From Candidatus Woesearchaeota archaeon (GTDB lineage Archaea > Nanobdellota > Nanobdellia > CAZCWL01 > CAZQAZ01), in assembly GCA_964591855.1 (NCBI GenBank), contig CAZQAZ010000004.1, forward strand, positions 1 to 41,816: a DNA stretch of 41,816 bases, written 5' to 3'. Position 1 is the stretch's first letter. Each line of letters starts with the position of its first letter. A program made the position numbers and the translations under genes. Of this stretch, positions 1 to 7,936 are shown one piece after another. The notes beneath the pieces are model-generated. The model did no database searches, was not told the origin of the DNA, and worked only from the letters and a program-made list of their open reading frames with translations.

Positions 1-76
1 TATTCCTAGGCCACGTAGATCTCTTAGAAACAGTAGCAAAGTATAAGAGATTCTAATAGCACTATCTATTTATTCC

Positions 77-1030
77 CTAAGGCTTTCTCAACCTTTTTTC
101 TTTATTAAACTTCTCTCTGTCATAGTGCATGAGAACTTCCACTCTACTATAATCCTGATGAAAGTGTTTGATTTTGTAGTTCCAACTCAAAGCTGCATCC
201 AAATTCCACAAAGCAAACTTGAAAGCCCCGAATTGAAGCATCTCAAAGATATGGTCTCTTTCCCAAGGATTCAACCTTCTTTCTCTAGTATATCCTTTAA
301 TCAAACTGCCAAGAACTTCAAAATCTATCTTATTGAAACGAAAGCAACTAACCAGGGAAGTAGCTAGATCAAAGAAGCAGAAATCCCTAGTAACCAAATC
401 CCAGTCAATAACTTTAAACACTTTCTGATCCTTAAACCACACATGCTCGAACGTAAATTCATTATGCAACACAGCTCTTGGCAAACTTTTTGGAATCTTC
501 AACAAATTGAGTTCCTTATCAATGTAATCGTATATCCCTCTTACCTTCTTAGGGGCTTTCTTAATTTTACATCGGTTCTTTCTTAATAGTCCTCTAAGAT
601 AGTTTAAATCTTGACGCTCCTTGGACTTTATGTTCAGACCCTTAGTTAGTCTATGTAATCTCCCCAAATATTTACCTAACTCATAAAACATCTTGGGACT
701 AAGTCTTCTATTAGTTTGATGTTTATTAGATCCCTCCAAAAACTCAAAAATTGCAAAGAAGTTATCGTCCACTTTAACATAAGGTCTACGCTCTCTTGTA
801 TATATAACCTTTACACATGGATACTTCCTCCTCGATAAATACTTAATCACCCTAAATCCATCTACCACACTTTGTGTCAATGAATCATACTCCTTTAGAA
901 AAAAACTTCCCTTTGTAGTCCTCACAATAAAAACCTTCTGTACGTCCCCAAGTCTTCTTAAACTCCGGTAGGATATTAAACTCCCAATATTATAAAATTC
1001 TAGAACATTCCTGATATCCTTGGATAGCAT
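77..1030 (-). CDS. APH/choline-kinase-fold phosphotransferase-like protein with an atypical catalytic loop
   Basis: 317-aa ATG ORF. It has the N-lobe lysine motif FFLKEY, the catalytic-loop-like VLHNEFTFEHVWF and the metal-binding-like VIDWDLV, arranged as in the aminoglycoside/choline kinase fold. Confidence 0.6.
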   Translation of the reverse strand: MLSKDIRNVLEFYNIGSLISYRSLRRLGDVQKVFIVRTTKGSFFLKEYDSLTQSVVDGFRVIKYLSRRKYPCVKVIYTRERRPYVKVDDNFFAIFEFLEGSNKHQTNRRLSPKMFYELGKYLGRLHRLTKGLNIKSKERQDLNYLRGLLRKNRCKIKKAPKKVRGIYDYIDKELNLLKIPKSLPRAVLHNEFTFEHVWFKDQKVFKVIDWDLVTRDFCFFDLATSLVSCFRFNKIDFEVLGSLIKGYTRERRLNPWERDHIFEMLQFGAFKFALWNLDAALSWNYKIKHFHQDYSRVEVLMHYDREKFNKEKRLRKP

Positions 1031-1120
1031 ACTAATATAAGCGTATCATGTAACTTAAATCTTTTTCAAACTATAGAAGCTCTTACATATATGCAAATTT
1101 TCCTCTTTTTGGGGGTTATT

Positions 1121-1128
1121 TTTATAAA
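1121..1128 (+). promoter_or_regulatory. TATA box (TTTATAAA) for tRNA-Pro
   Basis: TTTATAAA lies 26 nt upstream of the mature tRNA 5' end at 1155. Confidence 0.45.
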
Positions 1129-1154
1129 TACTAAAATGCTCTCTTTATAATGCT

Positions 1155-1229
1155 GGGGGATTCGTATAGCCTGGTCTAGTACTCCAGGTTTGGGACCTGG
1201 CAACCCGGGTTCAAATCCCGGATCCCCCT
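1155..1229 (+). tRNA. tRNA-Pro (anticodon UGG)
   Basis: Hand-folded cloverleaf. Acceptor GGGGGAT/ATCCCCC, D stem GTAT/GTAC, anticodon stem CCAGG/CCTGG with loop TTTGGGA, and T arm CCGGG-TTCAAAT-CCCGG. No intron and no encoded CCA. Confidence 0.9.
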
Positions 1230-1244
1230 TATTTTGGTGATACA

Positions 1245-2675
1245 ATGTCAAAGCAAGAAGGACTACAAAACAAAAAGGAAAACTTCATAGAGTGGTACAT
1301 AGAGCTCATACAAAAAGCTGAGCTTGCAGATTATTCTAAAGTAAGAGGATTCAATGTCATAAGACCTTATGCATATGAGATATGGGAAAGATTGACTAAG
1401 ATACTTGATTCAAAGATAAAAGAAAAAGGTGTCAAAAATGCTTACTTCCCATTGCTCATACCTGAGAGTTTGTTAAAGAAAGAAGCTACACACCTAGAAG
1501 GGTTCTCACCAGAAACAGCTTGGGTCACGGAAGCTGGGTCCTCAAAGCTTGATGAAAGACTAGCCATAAGACCTACCTCTGAAACAATAATGTACGACTT
1601 GTATTCCAAATGGATAAGATCATGGAGAGACTTGCCTCTAAAACTAAACCAATGGGTTAATGTTGTAAGATGGGAAAAAACGGATCCAAAAGTATTCCTA
1701 AGAGGAAGAGAATTCCTATGGCAAGAAGGCCATACAGCCTTCGCTACCAAAGAAGAGGCTGAGAAAGAAGTTAGAGATATAGTTAACATGTATAAAGAGG
1801 TCCTTGAGGAGTATTGTGCTCTTCCTGTTACAGTTGGTATTAAATCGCCAAAAGAAACATTTGCTGGTGCAGAATACACAAGAGTAACAGAGCTCGTCAT
1901 GCCAGATGGAAAAACAATACAAGGACCAGACTGCCACCACTTAGGACAAAAATTCTCAACAATGTTCGACATCACCTTCCTAGATAAAGACGGTGAGAAG
2001 AAGTATGTGTGGCAAAACTCTTGGGGTTTCACCACAAGAGTACTAGGTATAATGTTTGGGATACATGGTGATGATAAGGGATTAATTCTACCTCCAAAAA
2101 TAGCTCCAATACAAGTTGTAATTGTGCCTATATTCACAGAAAAAGACAAGCCTGCGGTGTTGAAAGAAGCTGATGAATTAAAGATAAGACTGGAGGAAGA
2201 TGGGATAAGAACATACATAGACAGCAGAGAAGATAAAAAACCTGGATGGAAATTCAACTACTGGGAACTTAAAGGAGTACCAATACGTGTTGAGATAGGT
2301 ACAAAGGACTTAGCAAATGACGAATACACTGTGGTAAGAAGAGATACTTTAGAGAAGATAAAGGTAAGTAGAAAAGATGCTATTGATCGTATCATAAAGC
2401 TATTCGATGTAATTCATAACAACATGTACCAAAGAGCAAAAGAGCTAATGGAAAGTAAGACCAAAAGAGTAGACAACTACGAGGACTTTAAAAAGTATGT
2501 AAACGGTAACAGAATACTAACTTGTTGGTGTGGAAATAGAAAATGTGAAGACGAAATAAAAGAAGAAACTGGAGCAAGGGTCTCATGTATACCAGATGAG
2601 CAAGAGATCTTCTGTAACTGTGTCAAATGTGGAGAACCAGCAAAGTACTCAGTGTACTTTGCTAAGGTTTACTAG
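1245..2675 (+). CDS. proS: Prolyl-tRNA synthetase, archaeal/eukaryotic type
   Basis: 476 aa with a class II core, an anticodon-binding domain, a Cys-rich C-terminal domain and the family-typical terminal Tyr (FAKVY). GGTGA at 1236-1240 precedes the ATG. Confidence 0.95.
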   Translation: MSKQEGLQNKKENFIEWYIELIQKAELADYSKVRGFNVIRPYAYEIWERLTKILDSKIKEKGVKNAYFPLLIPESLLKKEATHLEGFSPETAWVTEAGSSKLDERLAIRPTSETIMYDLYSKWIRSWRDLPLKLNQWVNVVRWEKTDPKVFLRGREFLWQEGHTAFATKEEAEKEVRDIVNMYKEVLEEYCALPVTVGIKSPKETFAGAEYTRVTELVMPDGKTIQGPDCHHLGQKFSTMFDITFLDKDGEKKYVWQNSWGFTTRVLGIMFGIHGDDKGLILPPKIAPIQVVIVPIFTEKDKPAVLKEADELKIRLEEDGIRTYIDSREDKKPGWKFNYWELKGVPIRVEIGTKDLANDEYTVVRRDTLEKIKVSRKDAIDRIIKLFDVIHNNMYQRAKELMESKTKRVDNYEDFKKYVNGNRILTCWCGNRKCEDEIKEETGARVSCIPDEQEIFCNCVKCGEPAKYSVYFAKVY

Positions 2676-2729
2676 AATCCACAAACTTTAAAAATAGAGA
2701 ACTAAAGATAAATATGAGCGTGATTGAAG

Positions 2730-2942
2730 ATGGGAAGAACAAAGAAAGTAGGGATTGCGGGAAGATTTGGATCAAGATATGGACTTAGAATAAGAAAAAG
2801 ATTTTTGGAAGTCATGTCAAAAGCTAAACAGAAACATGTCTGTCCTAAATGTCAGAAGAAATCTGTTAAAAGACTTGCTCCTGGAATATATCAATGTAAG
2901 AAATGTGGTCACAAGTTCACAGGAGGTGCTTACACACCATGA
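2730..2942 (+). CDS. rpl37ae: Ribosomal protein eL43 (L37Ae)
   Basis: [17 protein letters not shown] followed by a CPKC...CKKC zinc ribbon. The track start at 2724 is TTG, and the ATG at 2730 follows a GTGAT RBS. Confidence 0.9.
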   Translation: MGRTKKVGIAGRFGSRYGLRIRKRFLEVMSKAKQKHVCPKCQKKSVKRLAPGIYQCKKCGHKFTGGAYTP

Positions 2943-3076
2943 TTTACGTATGTTTTGATTGTAAACATGAAATAACAGACGAAGAACTTGGAAAGAGAAT
3001 AAGATGTCCATACTGTGGTGGAAAGATATTGTTCAAGAAAAGACCCGAAATAGTTAAGCACGTCAAAGCACGATGA
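2939..3076 (+). CDS. rpoP: DNA-directed RNA polymerase subunit P (Rpo12/RpoP)
   Basis: Hand-translated 45 aa, [45 protein letters not shown], with a CxxC...CxxC zinc ribbon. AGGAGGTG lies 10 nt upstream. It has ATGA overlaps with both eL43 and the next gene, and is below the ORF-track cutoff. Confidence 0.85.
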   Translation: MIYVCFDCKHEITDEELGKRIRCPYCGGKILFKKRPEIVKHVKAR

Positions 3077-3291
3077 TCAAGTCAAAGATTTACTTTGAAC
3101 TCGAGAATCCCAAACTAATCAAAGAGGTACTAAAAGAAGAGGAAAGACAAAGGTCCAAGTCCAAGATAAAAGTCCAGGATGGGAAGTTGATCTTGGACAT
3201 AGAAGCAAGAGATTTCGTTGCACTAAAAGCGACGATTGTACAGTACCTCAAATTGATAGAAACTGCGCTTAATGCGATGAAGGTGAGATAA
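3073..3291 (+). CDS. pcc1: KEOPS complex subunit Pcc1
   Basis: The C-terminal GKLILDIEARDFVALKATIVQYLKLIETALNAMKV matches the Pcc1 signature (compare Pyrococcus GKKIILDIKATDSSALRGTVNSYLRWIKAAIDVIEV, recalled from memory). Its position between rpoP and prefoldin beta is conserved. Confidence 0.8.
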   Translation: MIKSKIYFELENPKLIKEVLKEEERQRSKSKIKVQDGKLILDIEARDFVALKATIVQYLKLIETALNAMKVR

Positions 3292-3600
3292 ATGGATGAA
3301 AAGGATTTGATACGACTACAAAACCTACAACAACAACTTCAAAGCTTTTCTTTACAAAAGCAGAACCTACAGCTACAAGCTGTCGAGTATGAAAATGCTT
3401 TAAAAGAACTTCAAAACTCAAAAGAAGTTTACAAGATAGTTGGCTCAATAATGGTCAAAAAGAACAAAGAAGAAGTTGAGAAAGAGTTAAAAGAGAAAAA
3501 AGAATTAAATGATATGCGGTTGGAGTCTTATAATAAACAAATCAAAAAGATAACCGAAGAGATTCAAGAGTTACAAAAGAAGTTATTAAGTAAGAAATAA
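3292..3600 (+). CDS. pfdB: Prefoldin beta subunit
   Basis: 102 aa with two coiled coils flanking a beta-hairpin (EVYKIVGSIMVKK), the typical GimC beta layout. The synteny is conserved. Confidence 0.85.
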   Translation: MDEKDLIRLQNLQQQLQSFSLQKQNLQLQAVEYENALKELQNSKEVYKIVGSIMVKKNKEEVEKELKEKKELNDMRLESYNKQIKKITEEIQELQKKLLSKK

Positions 3601-3609
3601 GGTGAAGCG

Positions 3610-3870
3610 ATGGAAGTGAGAACCATGACAGATGAGATAATAAGAGAAGCCATTAGTCTGCTTACTCAGATAAAAGAAGACAGGTTTGCTCCTAGAAATG
3701 TAAGGAATATGGCTGAGGAAGCCATAAACATCTTAAAAGAGGATGGGGATTTGGACATTAATATAGATAAAGTAATCCAAATGTTGGACGAAATATCAAA
3801 CGATCCAAACATAGACATGGCTATAAGGACTATGATTTGGAATGTCGTGTCTGTCCTAGAATCGCGATAA
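3610..3870 (+). CDS. UPF0147-family conserved archaeal protein
   Basis: 86 aa carrying PRNVRNMAEEAINIL...LDEISNDPNIDMAIRTMIWNVVSVLE, as in the UPF0147 family. GGTGA RBS lies at 3601-3605. Confidence 0.7.
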   Translation: MEVRTMTDEIIREAISLLTQIKEDRFAPRNVRNMAEEAINILKEDGDLDINIDKVIQMLDEISNDPNIDMAIRTMIWNVVSVLESR

Positions 3871-3914
3871 ACTTTATATACTAAAAACTCTAAAAAATAA
3901 TAAGAGGTGACAAA

Positions 3915-4298
3915 ATGATAAACAAAATCAAAGACAAGGTTTCAAAGGTTCTTCCACTAAAGCCTTCTATGGATGAAGGTGAGTACATAGAGATAGACAC
4001 AGACGAAGCACAAAGAAAGACAGCTAAACTCTTGGTGAAGTTCTTTAACCTTACAGATTACAATGATATTAAGCCTATCTTAGATTCTATAAGAGAAGGT
4101 TACTCTATATGCTTAATAAAAGTCAAGACATTAAGGGAGAAAGATTTGACAGACCTCAAGAGAGCAATTGCAAAGTTAAAGAGGACATGTACTGCTGCAC
4201 AATGTGAGATAATTGGTATAGACGAGAACTACATAATCACAGTACCTGACTTCGTAGACGTGGTAAAAGGAACAGCACCTGTCAACCTCAAATTCTAA
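3915..4298 (+). CDS. sepF: SepF-like cell division protein (DUF552)
   Basis: 127 aa. The C-terminal domain reads VKFFNLTDYNDIKPILDSIREGYSICLIKVKTL...LKRAIAKLKRTCTAAQCEIIGIDENYIITVPDFV, the SepF pattern. GAGGTGA RBS is present. Confidence 0.65.
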   Translation: MINKIKDKVSKVLPLKPSMDEGEYIEIDTDEAQRKTAKLLVKFFNLTDYNDIKPILDSIREGYSICLIKVKTLREKDLTDLKRAIAKLKRTCTAAQCEIIGIDENYIITVPDFVDVVKGTAPVNLKF

Positions 4299-4360
4299 AT
4301 TCTTACAACCCTCTCATTTCTTCTTAACTTATTCCTAACTTCTTAAATCTAAAACTTGAT

Positions 4361-5134
4361 TCATATTAGAAGTAGTGTTGGTAGTAAGAAGGCTGAGATG
4401 ACAGGAACTGCAGGATAAGGTTGCTTCCTCTTGCCAAGAAGTAGAATAGTAACAACAGCCAAAGACGACAAAAGCACTGAGGTTAAGGAGATGTACAACG
4501 AAAAGTCTCTAATGAGTATTATGGAGTAGATCAATGGGAGAATTATATCCCCACCTCCAAGAACTGCTTTTTCCCTCTTCTCCTTTAACACAATACCAGG
4601 AATTATACCTAACGACTCATGACTCCTGACTAATGTGACCATATGCTTTGTCCAGAAGACGGACACAACATCATATATTGAAACAAAAGCCAGTACAAGC
4701 CAAAATGTTCTAATATTGAACATAGGAACAAATAAGCTAGCAAGACCTGGGAACAACAAAATAGTTACAATCTGCCTAACTATCTCGTCTCTTTCCTTAT
4801 AGAACAGTATAAGGAGAGTGATAGCTATCAAGATGGCAGGTAACTCTCCAAAAACTACAGACAACGTGAGAGCCATGGAGATCACATATGCCAAGAATAT
4901 CCAAGCTAGTAATACTCTCCTTAAGTTAAGCTTGAGTGCAAGCAAGAATATAGCAGTGGCAACTAAGATCAATCCAAAGAAATAAACAGGAGCTATATTC
5001 CCTCCCTTTGGAGCTTCGATTCCATAGGGAAACTCATTGCTGAAGTAGTGAACACCTACTGCTAACCCTATTAATTGTATCGCCAAGAACAGTACCAACA
5101 ACTCAAACATTAGCTTTTTATTCTTGTACTTCAT
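4361..5134 (-). CDS. Presenilin/signal-peptide-peptidase family (A22) intramembrane aspartyl protease
   Basis: Polytopic 257-aa protein with the family motifs YD (IYDVVSV), GxGD (LGGGDIILP) and a PAL-like PYPAVP, in the canonical order. Confidence 0.75.
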   Translation of the reverse strand: MKYKNKKLMFELLVLFLAIQLIGLAVGVHYFSNEFPYGIEAPKGGNIAPVYFFGLILVATAIFLLALKLNLRRVLLAWIFLAYVISMALTLSVVFGELPAILIAITLLILFYKERDEIVRQIVTILLFPGLASLFVPMFNIRTFWLVLAFVSIYDVVSVFWTKHMVTLVRSHESLGIIPGIVLKEKREKAVLGGGDIILPLIYSIILIRDFSLYISLTSVLLSSLAVVTILLLGKRKQPYPAVPVISAFLLPTLLLI

Positions 5135-5149
5135 CCAACCAACTCCAAT

Positions 5150-5560
5150 TCATCTTAAAAATAGCACCAACAAAAGCATAACTATGAAAAGGATGACACC
5201 AAATAAGACTATAATCTTATTCATTGGTATGACGTCTACCTTCTCTTCTTTCTTCCTCGATAACTCTTCTTTGATTATTCTTTCAAGATTATTAATGACG
5301 TCCTTGGCATAGTTTAAGTGCATAGTGGCTTCGTCTAAGTTCTTCCGTTTGAAATAGTAGTCCGCAAGCTCAAGGTTCTTCTCGACCTTTTTAGCTTCCC
5401 TTTTTGCTCTGAATACACTTATCGAGTTGTAACCATATTTGTTCTCTAAGACAGAAATATCTTGAACTGCATCCATGAATCTTTCTCCTACTTCCTTCCT
5501 AAGGGCATCGTATTCCTTTAACTTCAAGGTTTTGCTGAGTTTGTGATTTACTCTTTTCAT
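5150..5560 (-). CDS. Tail-anchored coiled-coil protein, function unknown
   Basis: 136 aa. The N-terminal ~110 aa are charged and helical, and a single C-terminal TM (IIVLFGVILFIVMLLLVLFL) ends the protein. Its ATG overlaps the stop of the upstream ATPase gene (ATGA). Confidence 0.55.
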   Translation of the reverse strand: MKRVNHKLSKTLKLKEYDALRKEVGERFMDAVQDISVLENKYGYNSISVFRAKREAKKVEKNLELADYYFKRKNLDEATMHLNYAKDVINNLERIIKEELSRKKEEKVDVIPMNKIIVLFGVILFIVMLLLVLFLR

Positions 5561-6195
5561 GCTTTCACGGATTCCATCTTATTTTGATACAAGAAAGAAC
5601 AGATAAGAAGTATAAGTCTTGGGTTACCACGTGCTTTAAGCCAGATATGCTTTAGCTCCTTTTCTGTGAAGGGCTCCAAACTATTGGACTTCTTCTTCCT
5701 TACTTCGTTTAACCTACTTATGACCATGGCTTTAGCTTGGTCATATGTTAGTCCCTTAAGTCTATAGCTCTTCACTACTTTCTTCAGATCTTTATTCGAT
5801 ATTATAAATTCATAAGTTTCAGGTGTTGTGGTTATGAGTATACTATTGCCAGCTTTGTATAACTTCAATAGTTCATTCATAATCTTTTCTAGAAATTCCT
5901 TACTCGTTAGCTCCACAGTCTCTATAGCTATTGTGGATTTCTTTTTCTTCTGAGCTCTCTCTTTAAGAGAAGTTAGTATCCTTGGTCCAAACTTATACTC
6001 TTCTACATTCTTTAGATCTTTGATAAGCATTTTAAGAATCAAAGTTCTCCCTACACCCCTTTCACCATAGATTATGAAGAAGAAATGCTTTCCCTTGATC
6101 TGCTTTTTAATCTCGTCTACAATCTTCTTTCTTTCAGGTGCAAACTCATCTTTTCTTGGAGCAACAAAAACAAATGGATTCTTAGGTAGCGCCAT
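5557..6195 (-). CDS. Small AAA+/ORC-ExeA-like P-loop NTPase with Walker A Lys replaced by Arg
   Basis: 212 aa with IIYGERGVGRTLIL (Walker A-like), TIAIETVE (Walker B-like), ILITTT (sensor-1-like) and a C-terminal ARGNPRLILLIC, as in ExeA/ORC-type ATPases. Confidence 0.6.
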   Translation of the reverse strand: MALPKNPFVFVAPRKDEFAPERKKIVDEIKKQIKGKHFFFIIYGERGVGRTLILKMLIKDLKNVEEYKFGPRILTSLKERAQKKKKSTIAIETVELTSKEFLEKIMNELLKLYKAGNSILITTTPETYEFIISNKDLKKVVKSYRLKGLTYDQAKAMVISRLNEVRKKKSNSLEPFTEKELKHIWLKARGNPRLILLICSFLYQNKMESVKA

Positions 6196-6217
6196 ATATC
6201 AAATAATAGGCTACCAG

Positions 6218-6225
6218 TATATAAA
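6218..6225 (-). promoter_or_regulatory. TATA box (TTTATATA on the minus strand) for the ATPase operon
   Basis: It lies 22 nt upstream of the ATG at 6195 with no SD between, consistent with a leaderless start. Confidence 0.4.
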
Positions 6226-6311
6226 TTTTGGGCTGTGGGGGAACTCAAAGCCACCTGTTTCTAGAGTGTTTTCCAATTGAAGATCGACCAGGGGGACAAA
6301 CTATGCACTTA

Positions 6312-7040
6312 CTATAGAATCGCATTGTTGGCTCTAGAAGTCGCTCTAGAAGCATGCGCTAGTAAGTCTCTGTCTCTCCAGTCCAATAGACCAAGTCTAT
6401 ACTTCTCTCCCTTATCATCTAAACCCTCAAAGTTCTTGAAGGAGATATAATCCCTACAATCCCGGATAGTTAGATCTATACACTTATCAAATTGCCTTTT
6501 AACTAACATCCCATCCTCTAAAGAGTACATCCTTTTATAGAACATAAAAAACGCCCCTAAAACCTCCGGCTTTTTAACGGAAGCTGTGTACTCCTCTACA
6601 AATCTTTTCTTAGACTCCCAATCCTCACCAGCCTTATAGAGGGTTAGATCATATACGCCAATCCTATACCTACCATACTCCTCTTTTAGTGCGCTACCTT
6701 CTGACTCAATATGATTAACTATATCTTCTATCCCAAGCTTCGATACATCAACATACCTAACTAGAGATCTTACCTGCTCATAAAAGGAGGATCCAAGTAT
6801 GACACTTAAATCCAGTTCTACACCTCTACTATCTCCATGACCACTTAATCCACCATCCAAAACTACCAAAGAAGGTATTTCCCTCCTTAGTCCATCGGCT
6901 ATAAAATAACTAATAACTCCTTCTCTACAGGGAAACCCATATACAAGAATACACTCTCCAGCGAAATCTCTACCATCGAATCTCTTAGATAAGATATCAA
7001 GGAGTTCTGGAGCTCTTTGATCTTGGATACTTTGATCCAT
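6312..7040 (-). CDS. Hypothetical protein, possibly an inactivated KaiC/RecA-like fold
   Basis: The track start at 7055 is TTG, and the ATG at 7040 has TTTATAAA 21 nt upstream. LLDILSKRFDGRDFAGECILVYGFPCREGVISYFIADGL resembles the KaiC/RadA N-terminus, but the P-loop is degenerate (GFPCREGV). It is richer in R/D/G than its neighbours. Confidence 0.45.
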   Translation of the reverse strand: MDQSIQDQRAPELLDILSKRFDGRDFAGECILVYGFPCREGVISYFIADGLRREIPSLVVLDGGLSGHGDSRGVELDLSVILGSSFYEQVRSLVRYVDVSKLGIEDIVNHIESEGSALKEEYGRYRIGVYDLTLYKAGEDWESKKRFVEEYTASVKKPEVLGAFFMFYKRMYSLEDGMLVKRQFDKCIDLTIRDCRDYISFKNFEGLDDKGEKYRLGLLDWRDRDLLAHASRATSRANNAIL

Positions 7041-7061
7041 AGGTGTTTCACGCAATATAGT

Positions 7062-7069
7062 TTTATAAA
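7062..7069 (-). promoter_or_regulatory. TATA box (TTTATAAA) for the 6312-7040 ORF
   Basis: It lies 21 nt upstream of the ATG at 7040, immediately after the nrdG stop codon. Confidence 0.4.
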
Positions 7070-7076
7070 TTTTACT

Positions 7077-7763
7077 TTAGATGTTTAAGATTTCGACTTT
7101 AGAGACATACTTCTTCATGACTTGGGCTATGCGCTCAAGATCTTGCCGCCTGAGTGGTTGGACTTTACTTGCGGTTGGGTCAAGCGTATATTTGTTTGAG
7201 AATTGCTGGAGGTGATAAAGCTTAGCTCCCTTGATTTGTTTTCCAATCTCTTCATAGTCTTCAAGAGTAAGCTTTGGCCAAGCCGTAGTTCTAAAGACGT
7301 AGTCTACTTTTGAAGACATTATGATCTTTATGCTTTCTTTAAGCAGGTCTGTGTCTACGTCCACACCCACCACATCTTTATACTTGCTAAATGGTGCTTT
7401 AACATCCATAGCAATAAAGTCCAACAAACCCTTCGATAAGAGTTCCTTTATCATCGAAGGGTTTGAACCGTTTGTGTCAAGCTTAACAAGGTAGCCCATT
7501 CTTTTTATTTTAGATATAAACTTGGGAAGGTCTTTTTGGAGAGTGGGCTCTCCACCTGTTATCACCACACCATCTAACAAACCCATTCTGTCTTTGAGGA
7601 AGTTTAGTATTTCTTCTTCAGGAATGTGTGGCCTTTTATTAAAAACAAGTTCATAGTTATGACAGTACACACATCTAAAATTACACCAAGGTGTGAAGAT
7701 TATGCATGCTACCTTGCCAGGATAATCTAAAAGAGTAAGCTTCTGCAGCCCAGCTATGATCAT
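7077..7763 (-). CDS. nrdG: Anaerobic ribonucleoside-triphosphate reductase activating protein (radical SAM)
   Basis: 228 aa with the CNFRCVYCHN CxxxCxxC cluster and the GGEPTLQ motif. It lies 4 nt downstream of the glycyl-radical mini-ORF. Confidence 0.9.
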   Translation of the reverse strand: MIIAGLQKLTLLDYPGKVACIIFTPWCNFRCVYCHNYELVFNKRPHIPEEEILNFLKDRMGLLDGVVITGGEPTLQKDLPKFISKIKRMGYLVKLDTNGSNPSMIKELLSKGLLDFIAMDVKAPFSKYKDVVGVDVDTDLLKESIKIIMSSKVDYVFRTTAWPKLTLEDYEEIGKQIKGAKLYHLQQFSNKYTLDPTASKVQPLRRQDLERIAQVMKKYVSKVEILNI

Positions 7764-7767
7764 GCTT

Positions 7768-7932
7768 TCACTCAGCAGACTCCACAGCTGTTATTGCTTT
7801 GTCGAAGGTCTTTCTGTCTTCGAACTCTGCTTGCTTTCCATCGTTCCACTGAGATACAGGTCTTATGTAACCCACAACTCTTGAGTACACTTCACATCTT
7901 GTTCTCTTTGCTTCGACGTTCTCTTTCTTCAT
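7768..7932 (-). CDS. Stand-alone glycyl-radical C-terminal segment of class III RNR (NrdD C-terminus)
   Basis: 54 aa from the ATG, MKKENVEAKRTRCEVYSRVVGYIRPVSQWNDGKQAEFEDRKTF..., carrying the NrdD glycyl-radical motif (RVxGY...WNxGKxxE). GAGGGGTGA precedes the ATG, which lies 4 nt after the nrdD stop in a different frame. Confidence 0.75.
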   Translation of the reverse strand: MKKENVEAKRTRCEVYSRVVGYIRPVSQWNDGKQAEFEDRKTFDKAITAVESAE

Positions 7933-7936
7933 AGTA

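Noticed and set aside
1442-2257. Long antisense ORFs in the track, for example 1442-2257(-) 271 aa, 28254-28805(+) 183 aa, 32958-33443(-) 161 aa, 24060-24467(+) and 26660-27112(+)
   Set aside because: Each lies entirely opposite a confidently identified gene (proS, rpl4, the methyltransferase with its GCGTG motif, rpl24/rpl14, rpl22/rps19). Each also has Ser/Leu/Phe-rich low-complexity translations typical of shadow frames in AT-rich DNA.
6230-6311. A locally GC-richer intergenic stretch (GGCTGTGGGGGAACTCAAAGCCACC...GACCAGGGGGAC), considered as a possible tRNA or small RNA
   Set aside because: No cloverleaf, T-arm or other recognisable fold could be drawn by hand on either strand. It is probably just the 3' UTR or terminator region of the 6312-7040 gene.
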